64,000 nucleotides of DNA from Bacteroidota bacterium (GTDB taxonomy: Bacteria > Bacteroidota > Bacteroidia > UKL13-3): positions 21,061-85,060 of the forward strand of contig JAIYAT010000010.1 of the NCBI GenBank assembly GCA_027488905.1, in the 5' to 3' direction. The notes under the pieces are model-generated. The model saw only the letters and a list, made by a program, of their open reading frames with translations. It was not told the origin of the DNA and ran no database searches. The translations under genes were made by a program, and so were the position numbers. Positions 20,471 through 30,783 of this stretch are shown here, in pieces (the stretch's first letter is position 1; each line of letters opens with the position of its first letter).

Positions 20471-21493
20471 ATGCCAAATGTTAAGCCTTCTTTTTTTAAG
20501 CGTTTTGCCTTTGAATATTGGCCTACTTGGTTATTATACTTTCCTGTATATGCGATTTTCCCTTATTGGTATTTGAGGTTCCGCTCATTTTCATTAATCA
20601 CCTTAGCAAACCCTGGCTTCTATTTAGGTGGCATTAAAAACGAAAACAAATACAATATTCTTAAGCATATTCCTGATCGGTTCAAACCGAAAACACTTGC
20701 CTTTTCTAGCCATGCAGCTTATGAAAGCATAGTAAAAGAGATGCAGGTTCAACAGTTAACTTTTCCTATCATCATTAAACCCCAGATAGGAGAAAGAGGC
20801 AATGGAGTAGAAAAACTAACAAATGAAACTGAGTTAAAGGTTTATTTAAAGGGAAATACCCTCGATTTTATGCTCCAAGAGTTCATTGATTGGCCAGAAG
20901 AATTTGGTGTACTTTGGTACCATATTCCTGATAAAGAATTTGGCATTAGTTCTTTGGTTCAGAAATCTTTTTTGACTTTGACAGGCGATGGCATACAGAC
21001 CGTTCAAGCACTGCTCCTTCAAGCAGAAAGAGCCCAAGATAGATTGCCTTATTTGCTAGAAAAACACCAAGCACATCTCAATAGTGTCCCTGCATTGGGA
21101 GAAAAGATTTTACTAGAACCCATTGGCAACCATTGTCGAGGTACTAAGTTTATCAATGCTAATGCAATAATCAATAACAAGCTTGTTGGCTCTATGGAAG
21201 AAATAGCTTCCCATGTACCTGGTTTTTATATTGGTAGGTTTGATGTTAAAGCAGCTAGTCTGGAGGATTTAATGGAAGGTAAAAACATCAAAATTATGGA
21301 GCTCAATGGCATCACCTCAGAACCTGGGCACATTTACCACCCCGGCCGAGGAGCTTTAAAGGGATGGAGAGATTTGTTTCATCATTGGCACTTGGTGTTT
21401 AAGATTGGAGCCGCAAATCGGGCAAAGGGATTGAAAACGCCTGGGACTTTTTATGTCTTAAGAAATTTGAATTCAAAAGAAACATTTCAATAA
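20471..21493 (+). CDS. Hypothetical ATP-grasp-like protein
   Basis: PIIIKPQIGERGNGVEKL resembles ATP-grasp phosphate-binding segment; otherwise unassigned. Confidence 0.4.
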   Translation: MPNVKPSFFKRFAFEYWPTWLLYFPVYAIFPYWYLRFRSFSLITLANPGFYLGGIKNENKYNILKHIPDRFKPKTLAFSSHAAYESIVKEMQVQQLTFPIIIKPQIGERGNGVEKLTNETELKVYLKGNTLDFMLQEFIDWPEEFGVLWYHIPDKEFGISSLVQKSFLTLTGDGIQTVQALLLQAERAQDRLPYLLEKHQAHLNSVPALGEKILLEPIGNHCRGTKFINANAIINNKLVGSMEEIASHVPGFYIGRFDVKAASLEDLMEGKNIKIMELNGITSEPGHIYHPGRGALKGWRDLFHHWHLVFKIGAANRAKGLKTPGTFYVLRNLNSKETFQ

Positions 21494-22119
21494 TGCTTGC
21501 CCTGATTTTTTTGCTTTTTGCAGTCATAAGTTTTATCGGTTCATTACAACCTGGTCCAGTAAACCTCGGGGTGGTTTATTATACTTTGCATCAAGAAAAA
21601 AGAAAGGCTGTTTTACTCGCCATTGGCGGCTCCTTGCCAGAAATTTTGTATGTAGTGTTGGCCGTCAAACTGGTTTCTTTTACGAGTGTCAAACAAGATT
21701 ATATTCGCATTATTTCAATACTAGCCTCATTTGTATTGATAGGTTTAGGCGCATACTTATGGTTTTATAAAGCCTCAAAAAGGGGTTCCCAAGATAAACC
21801 TCCAAAAGGCAGTTTTTGGAGTGGCTTGGCTTTGGGATTATTAAACCCGCAATTGCTAGTGTTTTGGGCCGGAATAATTTGGTACTTACAAAATACCTTC
21901 GAGGGTATTAATTTAATGGAAACAAAATATTTAATAGCCTCAGCAGTTGGTGCAGGTATTGGTGCATTTCTATTGCATGTTTTCTATATCGGTTTGATCC
22001 AAAAATATCAACAGTTTATTTTATTAAGATGGTTGCGAACACATCCTGAAAAAAGCATTGGTTTAATACTTTTCCTCTTGGGTTTATTTGGTATACTTCA
22101 TACCAGCTTCTATCCTTAA
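21493..22119 (+). CDS. LysE/RhtB-family amino-acid exporter
   Basis: 208 aa, six TM helices, N-terminal SLQPGPVN motif. Confidence 0.75.
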   Translation: MLALIFLLFAVISFIGSLQPGPVNLGVVYYTLHQEKRKAVLLAIGGSLPEILYVVLAVKLVSFTSVKQDYIRIISILASFVLIGLGAYLWFYKASKRGSQDKPPKGSFWSGLALGLLNPQLLVFWAGIIWYLQNTFEGINLMETKYLIASAVGAGIGAFLLHVFYIGLIQKYQQFILLRWLRTHPEKSIGLILFLLGLFGILHTSFYP

Positions 22120-22698
22120 ACTTAAGTTGTTTTCTTTGGGCGGAATTGGACAGGTATACGCTTCATTGTAGGCGCAATATGGATTGTATGCCAAATTAAA
22201 ATCAAGCCAAACTTCCTTGACATCGCTTTTTTCAAGGTCTAAATATCGCCCTGCACCATAGGTTTCTTTGCCTGTAGTTTCATCCGTAAAAGGCACAATT
22301 AAATAGTTTTCGTACCCGGGCTTTTTAATTTCTTGCTCTAATACCAATAATTCAAATGCTTTACCTTCGAGTTCAAATTTTAATTTGCCATATTGCTTGT
22401 AGGGCTTTGTTTTTTGATGCGAATGCGGCAACTCAAAGACAATGGCATTTTCTATTAAAGTTAACTGCGCCTTAACCTTATACTTCTCTTGAATAGGAAA
22501 GAATTTTAAACCTTTCCAAGTATAAAAACTCGTGCTGTCTAAAGGCGACTCAGCAGGGTCAAAAAACTGTTCATTTAAAGCTGCACGGTGATTAGCAATT
22601 TCTGCACGGTATTTTGGGTCTTCTTGGGGGCCGCAAGCGCTCAATATTAGCAATGCAGCTAATAAAATTGTAGTAAATTTATTGCTTAGCTTAAGCAT
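22084..22698 (-). CDS. DUF1684-domain lipoprotein
   Basis: Lipoprotein signal (LSAC) and DUF1684-like conserved core (GAGRYLD...YNPYCAYN). Confidence 0.65.
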   Translation of the reverse strand: MLKLSNKFTTILLAALLILSACGPQEDPKYRAEIANHRAALNEQFFDPAESPLDSTSFYTWKGLKFFPIQEKYKVKAQLTLIENAIVFELPHSHQKTKPYKQYGKLKFELEGKAFELLVLEQEIKKPGYENYLIVPFTDETTGKETYGAGRYLDLEKSDVKEVWLDFNLAYNPYCAYNEAYTCPIPPKENNLSLRIEAGMKYTK

Positions 22699-22702
22699 AA
22701 TT

Positions 22703-23599
22703 CTATTGAACCTTTACACTGGTAGAATGAATGATTTCTTTTTGAGTAACATCTTTATTTACAAATACCAAAACCTCTAAGTTTACAGGATTCCAAAGAC
22801 CTCTTTTATAACGATAGGTTTTAATAAATACCCTACCAGGAGTATATTCTGCTTTTAACAAATCTCCAAAGAAACTACTTGCCATGGCTCTTAATACATG
22901 GGTGTGTTTGTATTCTTTATCATAGATTGAACTCCCAAATTCGTCTCTACTTTCTTGCACATCTTTTATATCATTTTCTAAAATCGCTACTGATAAATAA
23001 TTTGAGTCGCTTACGGCACTAGTATAAGTTACCGTAACTCTTATCTCAACTTCTTCTCCAATGTTTTTTGCAGTTACCGCAAGGTTTAATGGTGTTGGTT
23101 TTGATAACTCTGCATTCGAATAAGCACTCCATTTTTGGTATTCAATATTTGGAGAAATCTCACCTTCAAATTTCATGCGATTTACATTTCCAATGGGTAA
23201 ACTGTTGTTAATGCCAACCATTTCAAATATGAGTGCTCCTGCTAAAGTTCTAAAATCATATTTACTGGTATATTTATCTCCTCTATTTTCATCAAAAGGC
23301 GAGGTTAATTGATTTAACTTATTTAATGGATGAAGCGTAATGATATTTACCCTGCCAGGGTTGTTGTTAGAAATAACTTTTGCTTCTGTCTGAGCTGCAG
23401 GGCAATTAGGGCATCTTACACCTGTTACTTCTTCAATTACAATTTGCCTTGGTTGCGGAGTTGGAATCTCAGTTGAAACATAAGTGGTGTCTTCCACAAC
23501 AGATTCAGGTTCAAAATTTATATAAGGCGGAATTTCTTCGCAGCTGCTTAAAAATGCAATGCTTACAACTAAACTAAATGCAAAAATTATCTTTTTCAT
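22703..23599 (-). CDS. Hypothetical lipoprotein (Omp28-related, CxxC)
   Basis: Lipobox SSC; CPNCP motif; no firm family call. Confidence 0.4.
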   Translation of the reverse strand: MKKIIFAFSLVVSIAFLSSCEEIPPYINFEPESVVEDTTYVSTEIPTPQPRQIVIEEVTGVRCPNCPAAQTEAKVISNNNPGRVNIITLHPLNKLNQLTSPFDENRGDKYTSKYDFRTLAGALIFEMVGINNSLPIGNVNRMKFEGEISPNIEYQKWSAYSNAELSKPTPLNLAVTAKNIGEEVEIRVTVTYTSAVSDSNYLSVAILENDIKDVQESRDEFGSSIYDKEYKHTHVLRAMASSFFGDLLKAEYTPGRVFIKTYRYKRGLWNPVNLEVLVFVNKDVTQKEIIHSTSVKVQ

Positions 23600-23603
23600 G
23601 TTC

Positions 23604-25283
23604 TTAGAAATTAGTGGTCATGGTTAATCTTACTCCCGAAAAGGCAGGCTCTACACGGCAAACACCTCCCGCACAATTTACCCCTTCTACTTGTTTAATA
23701 TACCCTCCAGTAAGGCGTGTGTTCTTTTTAGTATAAGCTCCAAATACATTCCAATAATGTATCAGTTCAAATTCATTGCCAGCTGCAGGTTTATTTCTTG
23801 CGCCTGGTTTAACATTCACCATATCTCCTGCACTAAACGAATAATGCGGTGCGATGTTCAGTTCTATCAAACCATTTACAAAACTTCCCAAATCGGCATC
23901 TGTTTTTAAATATTGTGCTTCTAATCTTAATGATTTTTTGCTGCTCAATTTATACGTGGCTTCTCCAAAAATAGTATTAGCAATTACATAAGGTACACCT
24001 GGTTTGGCCTCAAACAATTGTTGGTTATAGTTTATTAACTGATAACCTAATTGTGCTTTAAACTTCTTGGTAAATTTGTGTTGAATTTCAAAATAGTATT
24101 CACGGAAGTAGCGATTAGAGTCGGCTTCAAAGTTTACCGGACTCACCGTTGCTCCCTTAAAACTACCAATGGGTGTAGCCAAAGATGTATTAAAGTTAAA
24201 TTGAGTTTGGTGCTTCTTTAAAAATTTTGGCTTCCAAGTTAGGTCGAGTTGTAAACCTTCTTCTGCAAATTCTTGGGTAAAGGCATTGTAACGAGCCAAT
24301 AGTCTATACACATTTTGCCTAGTGATACTTGGCAAATACGCAATCATTCCTAAGTTTTGGTTTTCTAAAGGCGAGGTACGAAAAGAAAATTTATCAATGT
24401 ATCTATACTGTGCCGTTACCCCAAAACCTCTGGTAGAATAAGACAAATTGGTAAGTAGTACTTTACCCTCATGCAATTCCATTTGATTGTTAACTGGGTT
24501 AATAATGGCTTCTTGTGTTTTTCCTGCATATTCTGCATACCAGCTAAAATCCTTGTATCGCATGGTATTGTAAACATTATAAACAAATACATTGTACTTT
24601 GGGTAAAACCTTTGTTCTAAATCGTAATTGTTAATGGTACTTGCAATTACATTCATGGTGCCTTGGTCGATTGTTCTATTCACTAAACTGGCACCAGGTT
24701 CCATGCTAAAACTTTCACTAATGTCAAAATGATGATCGGCATTAATACCTTTAATTACCACGGGTCTTAGGTCGAACCTAAACTTTTGCAATCCTGTAAA
24801 GGCTTTTACTGTTGTATTTTCAGTGGGTGTATATTTTACATGTGCTCCTTGTATGGCAAAGTCTAAGCCTAGGTTTCTGTCTTCGTAAGACCTAAACACC
24901 ATCCCACTGGCAAATTGGTCATAAAAGTAACCCACAGTGATGGTGGCTTTTTCTAACTTTTTGCTAACACTCCAAAATCCTAAACCACTTTTGGTATAAG
25001 CTTCTTGTGGGTTGAGTAGGGGAGAGTTGTTAAACAAATCAAAACGAGCCGTAAAGGTGTAGCCATTTTTTTTATAGTTGAGCCAAAGCCAAGCATCAGT
25101 AGATGATAATTCCTTTTCATATTGTGTGGTGGTTGCCCCAATGGCGCTATCTCTCACATAAAACTGATTGGTAGTTTGAAAATTTCCTGAAAACTCGCCT
25201 TTTTCTTCTTTTTTTTCTTCTTGGGCTTTAGCGAGTCCTGCAAACAATAAGGCGAGTAAAGTGAGTGTGTATATTTTTTTCAT
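23604..25283 (-). CDS. Hypothetical outer-membrane beta-barrel protein (start at MKKIY)
   Basis: Signal peptide, long beta-rich sequence ending in C-terminal F; ORF track start 25331 trimmed to first M preceding the signal peptide. Confidence 0.5.
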   Translation of the reverse strand: MKKIYTLTLLALLFAGLAKAQEEKKEEKGEFSGNFQTTNQFYVRDSAIGATTTQYEKELSSTDAWLWLNYKKNGYTFTARFDLFNNSPLLNPQEAYTKSGLGFWSVSKKLEKATITVGYFYDQFASGMVFRSYEDRNLGLDFAIQGAHVKYTPTENTTVKAFTGLQKFRFDLRPVVIKGINADHHFDISESFSMEPGASLVNRTIDQGTMNVIASTINNYDLEQRFYPKYNVFVYNVYNTMRYKDFSWYAEYAGKTQEAIINPVNNQMELHEGKVLLTNLSYSTRGFGVTAQYRYIDKFSFRTSPLENQNLGMIAYLPSITRQNVYRLLARYNAFTQEFAEEGLQLDLTWKPKFLKKHQTQFNFNTSLATPIGSFKGATVSPVNFEADSNRYFREYYFEIQHKFTKKFKAQLGYQLINYNQQLFEAKPGVPYVIANTIFGEATYKLSSKKSLRLEAQYLKTDADLGSFVNGLIELNIAPHYSFSAGDMVNVKPGARNKPAAGNEFELIHYWNVFGAYTKKNTRLTGGYIKQVEGVNCAGGVCRVEPAFSGVRLTMTTNF

Positions 25284-25299
25284 ACTAGGTTCAAAACAA

Positions 25300-25806
25300 T
25301 TATTTTCCTTTAAATGGCACTTCAATGGCATCTCCCCAAAGTTGTTCTATGCCATAAAATTCTCTTTTTTCTTCTTGAAATACATGTGCAACCACATTAA
25401 AGTAGTCAACTAAAATCCATTCAAGGTTCTCATATCCTTCGCGGTGTAACGGATTTTCGTTTAATTTCTTTTTCACTTCATCCTCAACACTTTTGGCAAT
25501 AGCCTCTACTTTTTTATCATTATCTGCTGATGAAATCACAAAGAAATCTGCTGGGGCACTCGCAATTTTGCGCATATCCCAAATTCTTATATTTTCTGCC
25601 TTTTTCTCATACATACCTTGGGCCACTGTAATTGCCAAAAGTGTGGCTGGGTCCATAATGCTAACAATCTTAGGGTTCTTTTCAGCAACTGCTTTTTTAG
25701 CACTTACTTTTTTAGCAACTGCTTTCTTAGCGGTTACTTTTTTAGCTGCGGCCTTTTTTGGGGCAGCCTTTTTTGCGGATACTTTTTTCGCTGGTGTTTT
25801 TGCCAT
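25300..25806 (-). CDS. rsfS: Ribosome silencing factor RsfS with lysine/alanine-rich histone-H1-like N-terminal extension
   Basis: C-terminal Iojap/RsfS domain (...ILVDYFNVVAHVFQEEKREFYGIEQLW); N-terminal (A/V)KK(A/V) repeats encoded by tandem DNA repeats; start at MAKT. Confidence 0.75.
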   Translation of the reverse strand: MAKTPAKKVSAKKAAPKKAAAKKVTAKKAVAKKVSAKKAVAEKNPKIVSIMDPATLLAITVAQGMYEKKAENIRIWDMRKIASAPADFFVISSADNDKKVEAIAKSVEDEVKKKLNENPLHREGYENLEWILVDYFNVVAHVFQEEKREFYGIEQLWGDAIEVPFKGK

Positions 25807-25851
25807 CTCGAATCTACGGGTAAATTTGACGCAAAATAAGACTTTTTTTAA

Positions 25852-26607
25852 TTGGCACAGCAAATACCTCAAATTGGGCAATATTCCCTATTTTTAGAAG
25901 AAACAGATTCAACCAATTCTGCCCTCAAATTATGGCTCGAACGTGAGTCGCTGCCCGAAGGCGCAATGGTTTACACCCACTACCAAACTGCAGGGCGTGG
26001 GCAAGAAAATAGCCAATGGGAATCGCTACCCGGCCAAAATTTATTGCTGAGCATTTTGCTGTATCCGAGTTTCTTAAATATCGATGAACAAGTTTGGCTC
26101 AACCTATGTGCCTGCTTGGCAGTTCAAAAAACCGTAAAAGAACTCTCGGGTCAAACCACCTTTATCAAATGGCCCAATGATATTTTTGTAGATCACCACA
26201 AAATTGCTGGCATTCTCATCGAAAATGTGCTGCAGGGCACCAAAATTAAGTACAGTATTGTTGGGGTTGGTTTGAACCTAAACCAAATGCAGTTTAGCTT
26301 TCCGCAAGCCAGCTCTGTTAAAAATGTTTCTGGTTTGAACCAAGATTTGGCTGAAGCCCGCGCTGTTTTAGGCAAACATTTTACTGAAACTTATCGCATG
26401 CTCAAAGGAAAACAATGGAGCTATTTTTGGGATACTTATCATGCAAACCTTTACGCCAAAGGGCAACTGGCACTTTTTGAGGCCAATGGAAAACAATTTG
26501 AAGGAGAAGTGATGGGCATTGATAAAAAGGGAAGGTTACATATTTATACCAATGACGAAGTGCGGAGTTTCGCCAATAAAGAAGTAAAATTGATACATCT
26601 AATTTAG
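25852..26607 (+). CDS. birA: Biotin--[acetyl-CoA-carboxylase] ligase (group I, no HTH)
   Basis: YTHYQTAGRGQENSQWESLPGQNLLLSILL biotin-protein-ligase motif. Confidence 0.8.
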   Translation: MAQQIPQIGQYSLFLEETDSTNSALKLWLERESLPEGAMVYTHYQTAGRGQENSQWESLPGQNLLLSILLYPSFLNIDEQVWLNLCACLAVQKTVKELSGQTTFIKWPNDIFVDHHKIAGILIENVLQGTKIKYSIVGVGLNLNQMQFSFPQASSVKNVSGLNQDLAEARAVLGKHFTETYRMLKGKQWSYFWDTYHANLYAKGQLALFEANGKQFEGEVMGIDKKGRLHIYTNDEVRSFANKEVKLIHLI

Positions 26608-26615
26608 GTTCAAAA

Positions 26616-27341
26616 ATGCAATATCAACTTGTAATAGATGCTGGCAATACCCTCATGAAATTTGCCTATTTCAAAGGAGATTTGCTGCAAGAAGCTTTTA
26701 CTTGGGACAAATCTTCGGAAAGTGATTTACATTCATTTCTTTTTGAAAAAACCTTTGACAAGATTTTATTGAGCGATGTTTCGGGTCAAGCTTTAGCCAT
26801 CCTTAGTCCCTATTTTAAAAATGCCAAAATTCAAATCCTTGGTTCAAACCTTCATTTGCCTTTTAAAAATTTATACGCCACCCCACATACTTTAGGAGCC
26901 GACAGAATTGCTTTGGTGGCAGGTGCTTTGGCTAAATTCCCGGCAGAAAATTGCTTGGTAATTGATGCTGGCACTTGTGTTACCTATGATTTGCTCACCC
27001 AACATGGAGAATATTTAGGTGGAAATATAACACCGGGCTTATTGATGCGTTTAAAGGCCATGCATACATTTACAGGAAAACTCCCAGAACCTGAATTTAT
27101 TTTTCCAGAGGCAGTATTGGGTCAAAATACCAAAGAATGCTTAATCTCTGGTGCATACCATGGTTTAGTGGGAGAAATAGCGTGGTTGGTTCAACAATAT
27201 GCTGCCGATTTCTCTGGTTTAAAAGTTTTACTTACAGGCGGTGATGCTCATTTGTTGGCAAAGCGGCTTAAAACTAACATATTTGCAGAACCACAGCTTT
27301 TGCTGCATGGATTAAATAAAATAGCTAGTATCAATGATTAA
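26616..27341 (+). CDS. coaX: Type III pantothenate kinase
   Basis: N-terminal LVIDAGNT motif; 241 aa. Confidence 0.85.
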   Translation: MQYQLVIDAGNTLMKFAYFKGDLLQEAFTWDKSSESDLHSFLFEKTFDKILLSDVSGQALAILSPYFKNAKIQILGSNLHLPFKNLYATPHTLGADRIALVAGALAKFPAENCLVIDAGTCVTYDLLTQHGEYLGGNITPGLLMRLKAMHTFTGKLPEPEFIFPEAVLGQNTKECLISGAYHGLVGEIAWLVQQYAADFSGLKVLLTGGDAHLLAKRLKTNIFAEPQLLLHGLNKIASIND

Positions 27342-28644
27342 ATTTGCCAATAAGGCCTTGTTTTTTGCCATGCTCTATGCTTGTTCTTTTGGAGCACAGG
27401 CCCAGAATATTACTAAATCACCCTATTCTATTATTGGTTTAGGAGAGTTAGTTTATACGGGTAATGCGCAAACCTATTCTTTGGGTCAGGCCAACCAAGG
27501 CTATCGCTCACCCTTTTCAGTTAACTACCTCAACCCTGCTTCCTATTCAGCATTTTTAACTACCAATATAGAGGCAGGTGCAACCTACAGCTCTGCAGTA
27601 ATTAGCGGTGCCACCAATAGTTCTGAGGTTAGCAATAGCTGGATTTCTAATATTAATTTTGGTATTCCACTATCCACTAAACGCGGCATAGGCTTTAGTT
27701 TTGGCGCTGCACCTTATACCAGCGTGGGCTATAACATTAAATCTGATGTGATTATTCCTCAAGACCCACAAGATACTTTTTCTATTTTGGCTCAAAACAA
27801 TTTTATAGGTAGAGGCGGTTTAACTAAATTTTATTTGGGATATGGCATGAGGCTTCATCGAATGGTTTCGGTGGGAGTTAATGCCAATTACGTGTATGGC
27901 GAAGTTAATAATTCTACACAATTACTAATTCCTGCTAAATATAATATGTTTAACACCAACGAAGACAATTCTTATTTTGTTAAAGGGTGGTTAATGGAAT
28001 TTGGCACACAGGTGCATGATAGTTTTTCTGTCATGAAGAAAAATGATCGCATTGAGTATGATTGGATTGTTGGAGCAACAATTACCCCTCAAAGCAATTT
28101 TAGTGGAGAACAAACCTACCTTTTAAGAAATTTACCTATTGGTTCAGGTACAGGCATAAAAGATACAATATTTAAAGAGGAAGTGGCTTCGGGAAATGTG
28201 CTTTCTCCAATGGCTTGGAAATTTGGTGTTAGCTTTGCTCGTAAAGATAAATGGAGTGTGTTGGCAGATATTAAGGGTACTAATTGGAGCGATTTTGTAG
28301 CTTTAGGTAGGAAGGATTCTTTAAGAAATAGTTTATCTTATCATTTGGGCTTTTCTTACATTCCAGATTATAAAAACAAAAATATATTAGGTAGAATTGA
28401 GTACCGCATTGGAGGCAGATATGAAAGGAGCAATTTAGAAGTATTTGGCACTGGCGTAGATGTAAGGGCTTTTACACTTGGTATGGGCATCCCAATGGGG
28501 AGAACCCGTTCAAGGTTGAATTTAGGTGCTGAATGGATGCAAAGAGGAACCACAAGCAATGGTTTGATCCAAGAGGATTATTTTAAAGTTTTTATAGGAA
28601 TAACTTTTGCAGATAAATGGTTTTATCGTTATCGCTATGATTAG
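27334..28644 (+). CDS. Hypothetical outer-membrane protein (porin/FadL-like beta-barrel)
   Basis: Signal peptide, beta-rich, ends in aromatic residues; conserved position between coaX and lptC-like gene. Confidence 0.45.
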   Translation: MIKFANKALFFAMLYACSFGAQAQNITKSPYSIIGLGELVYTGNAQTYSLGQANQGYRSPFSVNYLNPASYSAFLTTNIEAGATYSSAVISGATNSSEVSNSWISNINFGIPLSTKRGIGFSFGAAPYTSVGYNIKSDVIIPQDPQDTFSILAQNNFIGRGGLTKFYLGYGMRLHRMVSVGVNANYVYGEVNNSTQLLIPAKYNMFNTNEDNSYFVKGWLMEFGTQVHDSFSVMKKNDRIEYDWIVGATITPQSNFSGEQTYLLRNLPIGSGTGIKDTIFKEEVASGNVLSPMAWKFGVSFARKDKWSVLADIKGTNWSDFVALGRKDSLRNSLSYHLGFSYIPDYKNKNILGRIEYRIGGRYERSNLEVFGTGVDVRAFTLGMGIPMGRTRSRLNLGAEWMQRGTTSNGLIQEDYFKVFIGITFADKWFYRYRYD

Positions 28645-29182
28645 AATTAAGCAACTTGTTCTGTTAATAACTGCGCTCTCTTTAATTGCTTGTGGTGGCA
28701 AAAAGATAGATAAAGTGAAAATTGCAGCAAGTGCAAAAGAACTACCCATTGAAGTGGGGAGTAATATTTCTATCAGTTATACAGACAGTGGCTACTTAAA
28801 AGCTAAGGTATTTGCGCCACTTTTGGAGCGCTACAGTTCTGATGCTAGAATGGAAACAGAGATGCGGCAAGGGATTACAGCTTACTTCTATGACAACAAT
28901 GGTAAGATTAGCTCATACATTAAAAGTAAGTATGCCATAAGAGATGAGAATGCAAGGGTTTTAACTGCCAGACAAGATGTTTTTGTGGTTAATAACAAAG
29001 GAGACACCTTGCGAACAGAGGAGTTGATTTGGGATGAGAAAGCAGACAGAATTTACTCAGAGCAATTTGTTAAAATCACTTCTCCAGAAAGAATTATTTT
29101 AGGAAGCGGATTAGAATCTAATACCGCATTTACAAAGTTTAGGGTATTAAACATCACTGGTATAATTAGTTTAAAGCAGTAA
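28637..29182 (+). CDS. lptC: LptC-like LPS-export periplasmic protein
   Basis: N-terminal membrane anchor followed by LptC-like beta-jellyroll sequence; genomic context downstream of coaX as in many Bacteroidetes. Confidence 0.5.
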   Translation: MIRIKQLVLLITALSLIACGGKKIDKVKIAASAKELPIEVGSNISISYTDSGYLKAKVFAPLLERYSSDARMETEMRQGITAYFYDNNGKISSYIKSKYAIRDENARVLTARQDVFVVNNKGDTLRTEELIWDEKADRIYSEQFVKITSPERIILGSGLESNTAFTKFRVLNITGIISLKQ

Positions 29183-29349
29183 TGGAAAAGTGGATTTTAA
29201 GAAACTGGCTTATCTTGGCCATAGCTTCTTTGGTGGTAGGTTTTTGGGTAGCCTTTATAGAAGACTTTGTTAAAGGAAAAGCCTATATGTTCTTTTTCTT
29301 GTTTTTGATATTTATGTTTACTTGGTTGAGAAAGAGCGGGAAGTTGTAA
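29182..29349 (+). CDS. Small hypothetical membrane protein (55 aa; not in ORF track)
   Basis: ATG at 29182 to TAA at 29347, two hydrophobic segments. Confidence 0.25.
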   Translation: MEKWILRNWLILAIASLVVGFWVAFIEDFVKGKAYMFFFLFLIFMFTWLRKSGKL

Positions 29350-29806
29350 GCAGTTTTTGATAATCATACTGCAAGTCTTCGTGTAGTTTACTAATTTCTT
29401 TATTTATCTTTTTGATTTGAGCATCATAAAGGTTTGAAAGGGCCAAACTGTGCTCAATTGCAATTGGCATACCTTGGAATTCTTCTATAAAATGTAGCAA
29501 TAACTCAATACTGGTTTGGGGCTTGCCAGAATACTTGATGTACTTATTAATGCTGCGTAGAATTTTGCGGATACTTTTTTTGGCATAGTAAACATTTGAA
29601 TAATTGATGGCATTAAAATCCAAAGAAATTTCATCCTTTATGTTTTTGATATAATTTTCTTCATCTGCTTCTTCAAATAATATGTAATGCAACAATTCTT
29701 TGTTTTCTTTTTTGAACTTCCCCAAGCGCAGCAGGGTATCCACCAATTGTGTTGGCGGGAGCGTTTGCAATTCTTTTTTAAGCTGTGCTAAGCTATTAGA
29801 TTTCAT
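29318..29806 (-). CDS. Hypothetical protein
   Basis: ORF only. Confidence 0.4.
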   Translation of the reverse strand: MKSNSLAQLKKELQTLPPTQLVDTLLRLGKFKKENKELLHYILFEEADEENYIKNIKDEISLDFNAINYSNVYYAKKSIRKILRSINKYIKYSGKPQTSIELLLHFIEEFQGMPIAIEHSLALSNLYDAQIKKINKEISKLHEDLQYDYQKLLTTSRSFSTK

Positions 29807-29982
29807 GGATAAATACTTTATGCGTTAAGCATGCTAATTGGGGAGCAATTTACACTAATTTGAAGAGGCTACTTGTTATTGAATGTTGGGAATCGGCCAT
29901 TGGGCTTGCTAATCATAATATTAATTTAATTAAAAGTTGGTTGAAAAATATATTTTTGAATTCAACGATAAAAATATTAAAA

Positions 29983-30777
29983 ATGAAGCAATTTGGAGTT
30001 TTACTCTATTTTTTCTGCTATTTAGTAAGCCCAATGATTGCCCAAAATCCTAACCTTAAAGTAGGGGAAATTGTAAAGGATTGGTGCAATGGTACCATAG
30101 CACATTTAAAGGAAGATGGCGCAGGATTGGTATATCAAAATGGTAGTGATGCCGATTTATTAACTAGAAATAAAGTGAAGCTTTTCCCATTTAATTCGCT
30201 CATGAAAGTTGGAGAAGCTTTGGACATTAAATTTGCTGGAAAGGACATTCTATACATCGCTACCTATGAAAATGCAGGTAAAATATTCTTATTATTCATT
30301 CAGAGTATAAAGGATAATGCATATTTAACAAGGATTGAATTAAACAGTGCTTATAAAGAAATTGCGCGAGCAGAAATACTACAAATCCCTAATTGGAAGT
30401 TTGACCCTAGAGCCATTGTGGTAAATTGGAATACTGAGAAATCAGCTTTGACCATTTCCTCTCATTCAGAATTAATTGCAATATCAAAGAATTTTGGCAA
30501 GGATGAAGATTGGATTAAGAGCCATCATGTTATTTTAGTAAATTCGAGTTTTACAAAAGCTAGCACATATGAATACAGTGCTTTGCATATTTTAGAGTTA
30601 AACCCAAATACTTATCAGTCAAAGGTGACAGAGATTGGATATAAAGATTCAAAAAATAGAATTACACAACCTGCAAAGCAAATTGGTTTGCCACTGGAAA
30701 AGATTGGTAAATTGGTATTTACAGGAAGCAAAGATTATAACTTTTCAGTAGGTTCATATAAAATTCAAATACCTTAA
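29983..30777 (+). CDS. Hypothetical secreted protein (start at MKQFGV signal peptide)
   Basis: Signal peptide at internal ATG 29983; no family recognised. Confidence 0.4.
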   Translation: MKQFGVLLYFFCYLVSPMIAQNPNLKVGEIVKDWCNGTIAHLKEDGAGLVYQNGSDADLLTRNKVKLFPFNSLMKVGEALDIKFAGKDILYIATYENAGKIFLLFIQSIKDNAYLTRIELNSAYKEIARAEILQIPNWKFDPRAIVVNWNTEKSALTISSHSELIAISKNFGKDEDWIKSHHVILVNSSFTKASTYEYSALHILELNPNTYQSKVTEIGYKDSKNRITQPAKQIGLPLEKIGKLVFTGSKDYNFSVGSYKIQIP

Positions 30778-30783
30778 CAATTC

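Noticed and set aside
25493-25897. ORFs 25493..25897 + and 25618..25839 + antisense to rsfS
   Set aside because: These are an artefact of the tandem Lys/Ala repeat DNA, which stays open on both strands. The RsfS reading is supported by the conserved C-terminal domain.
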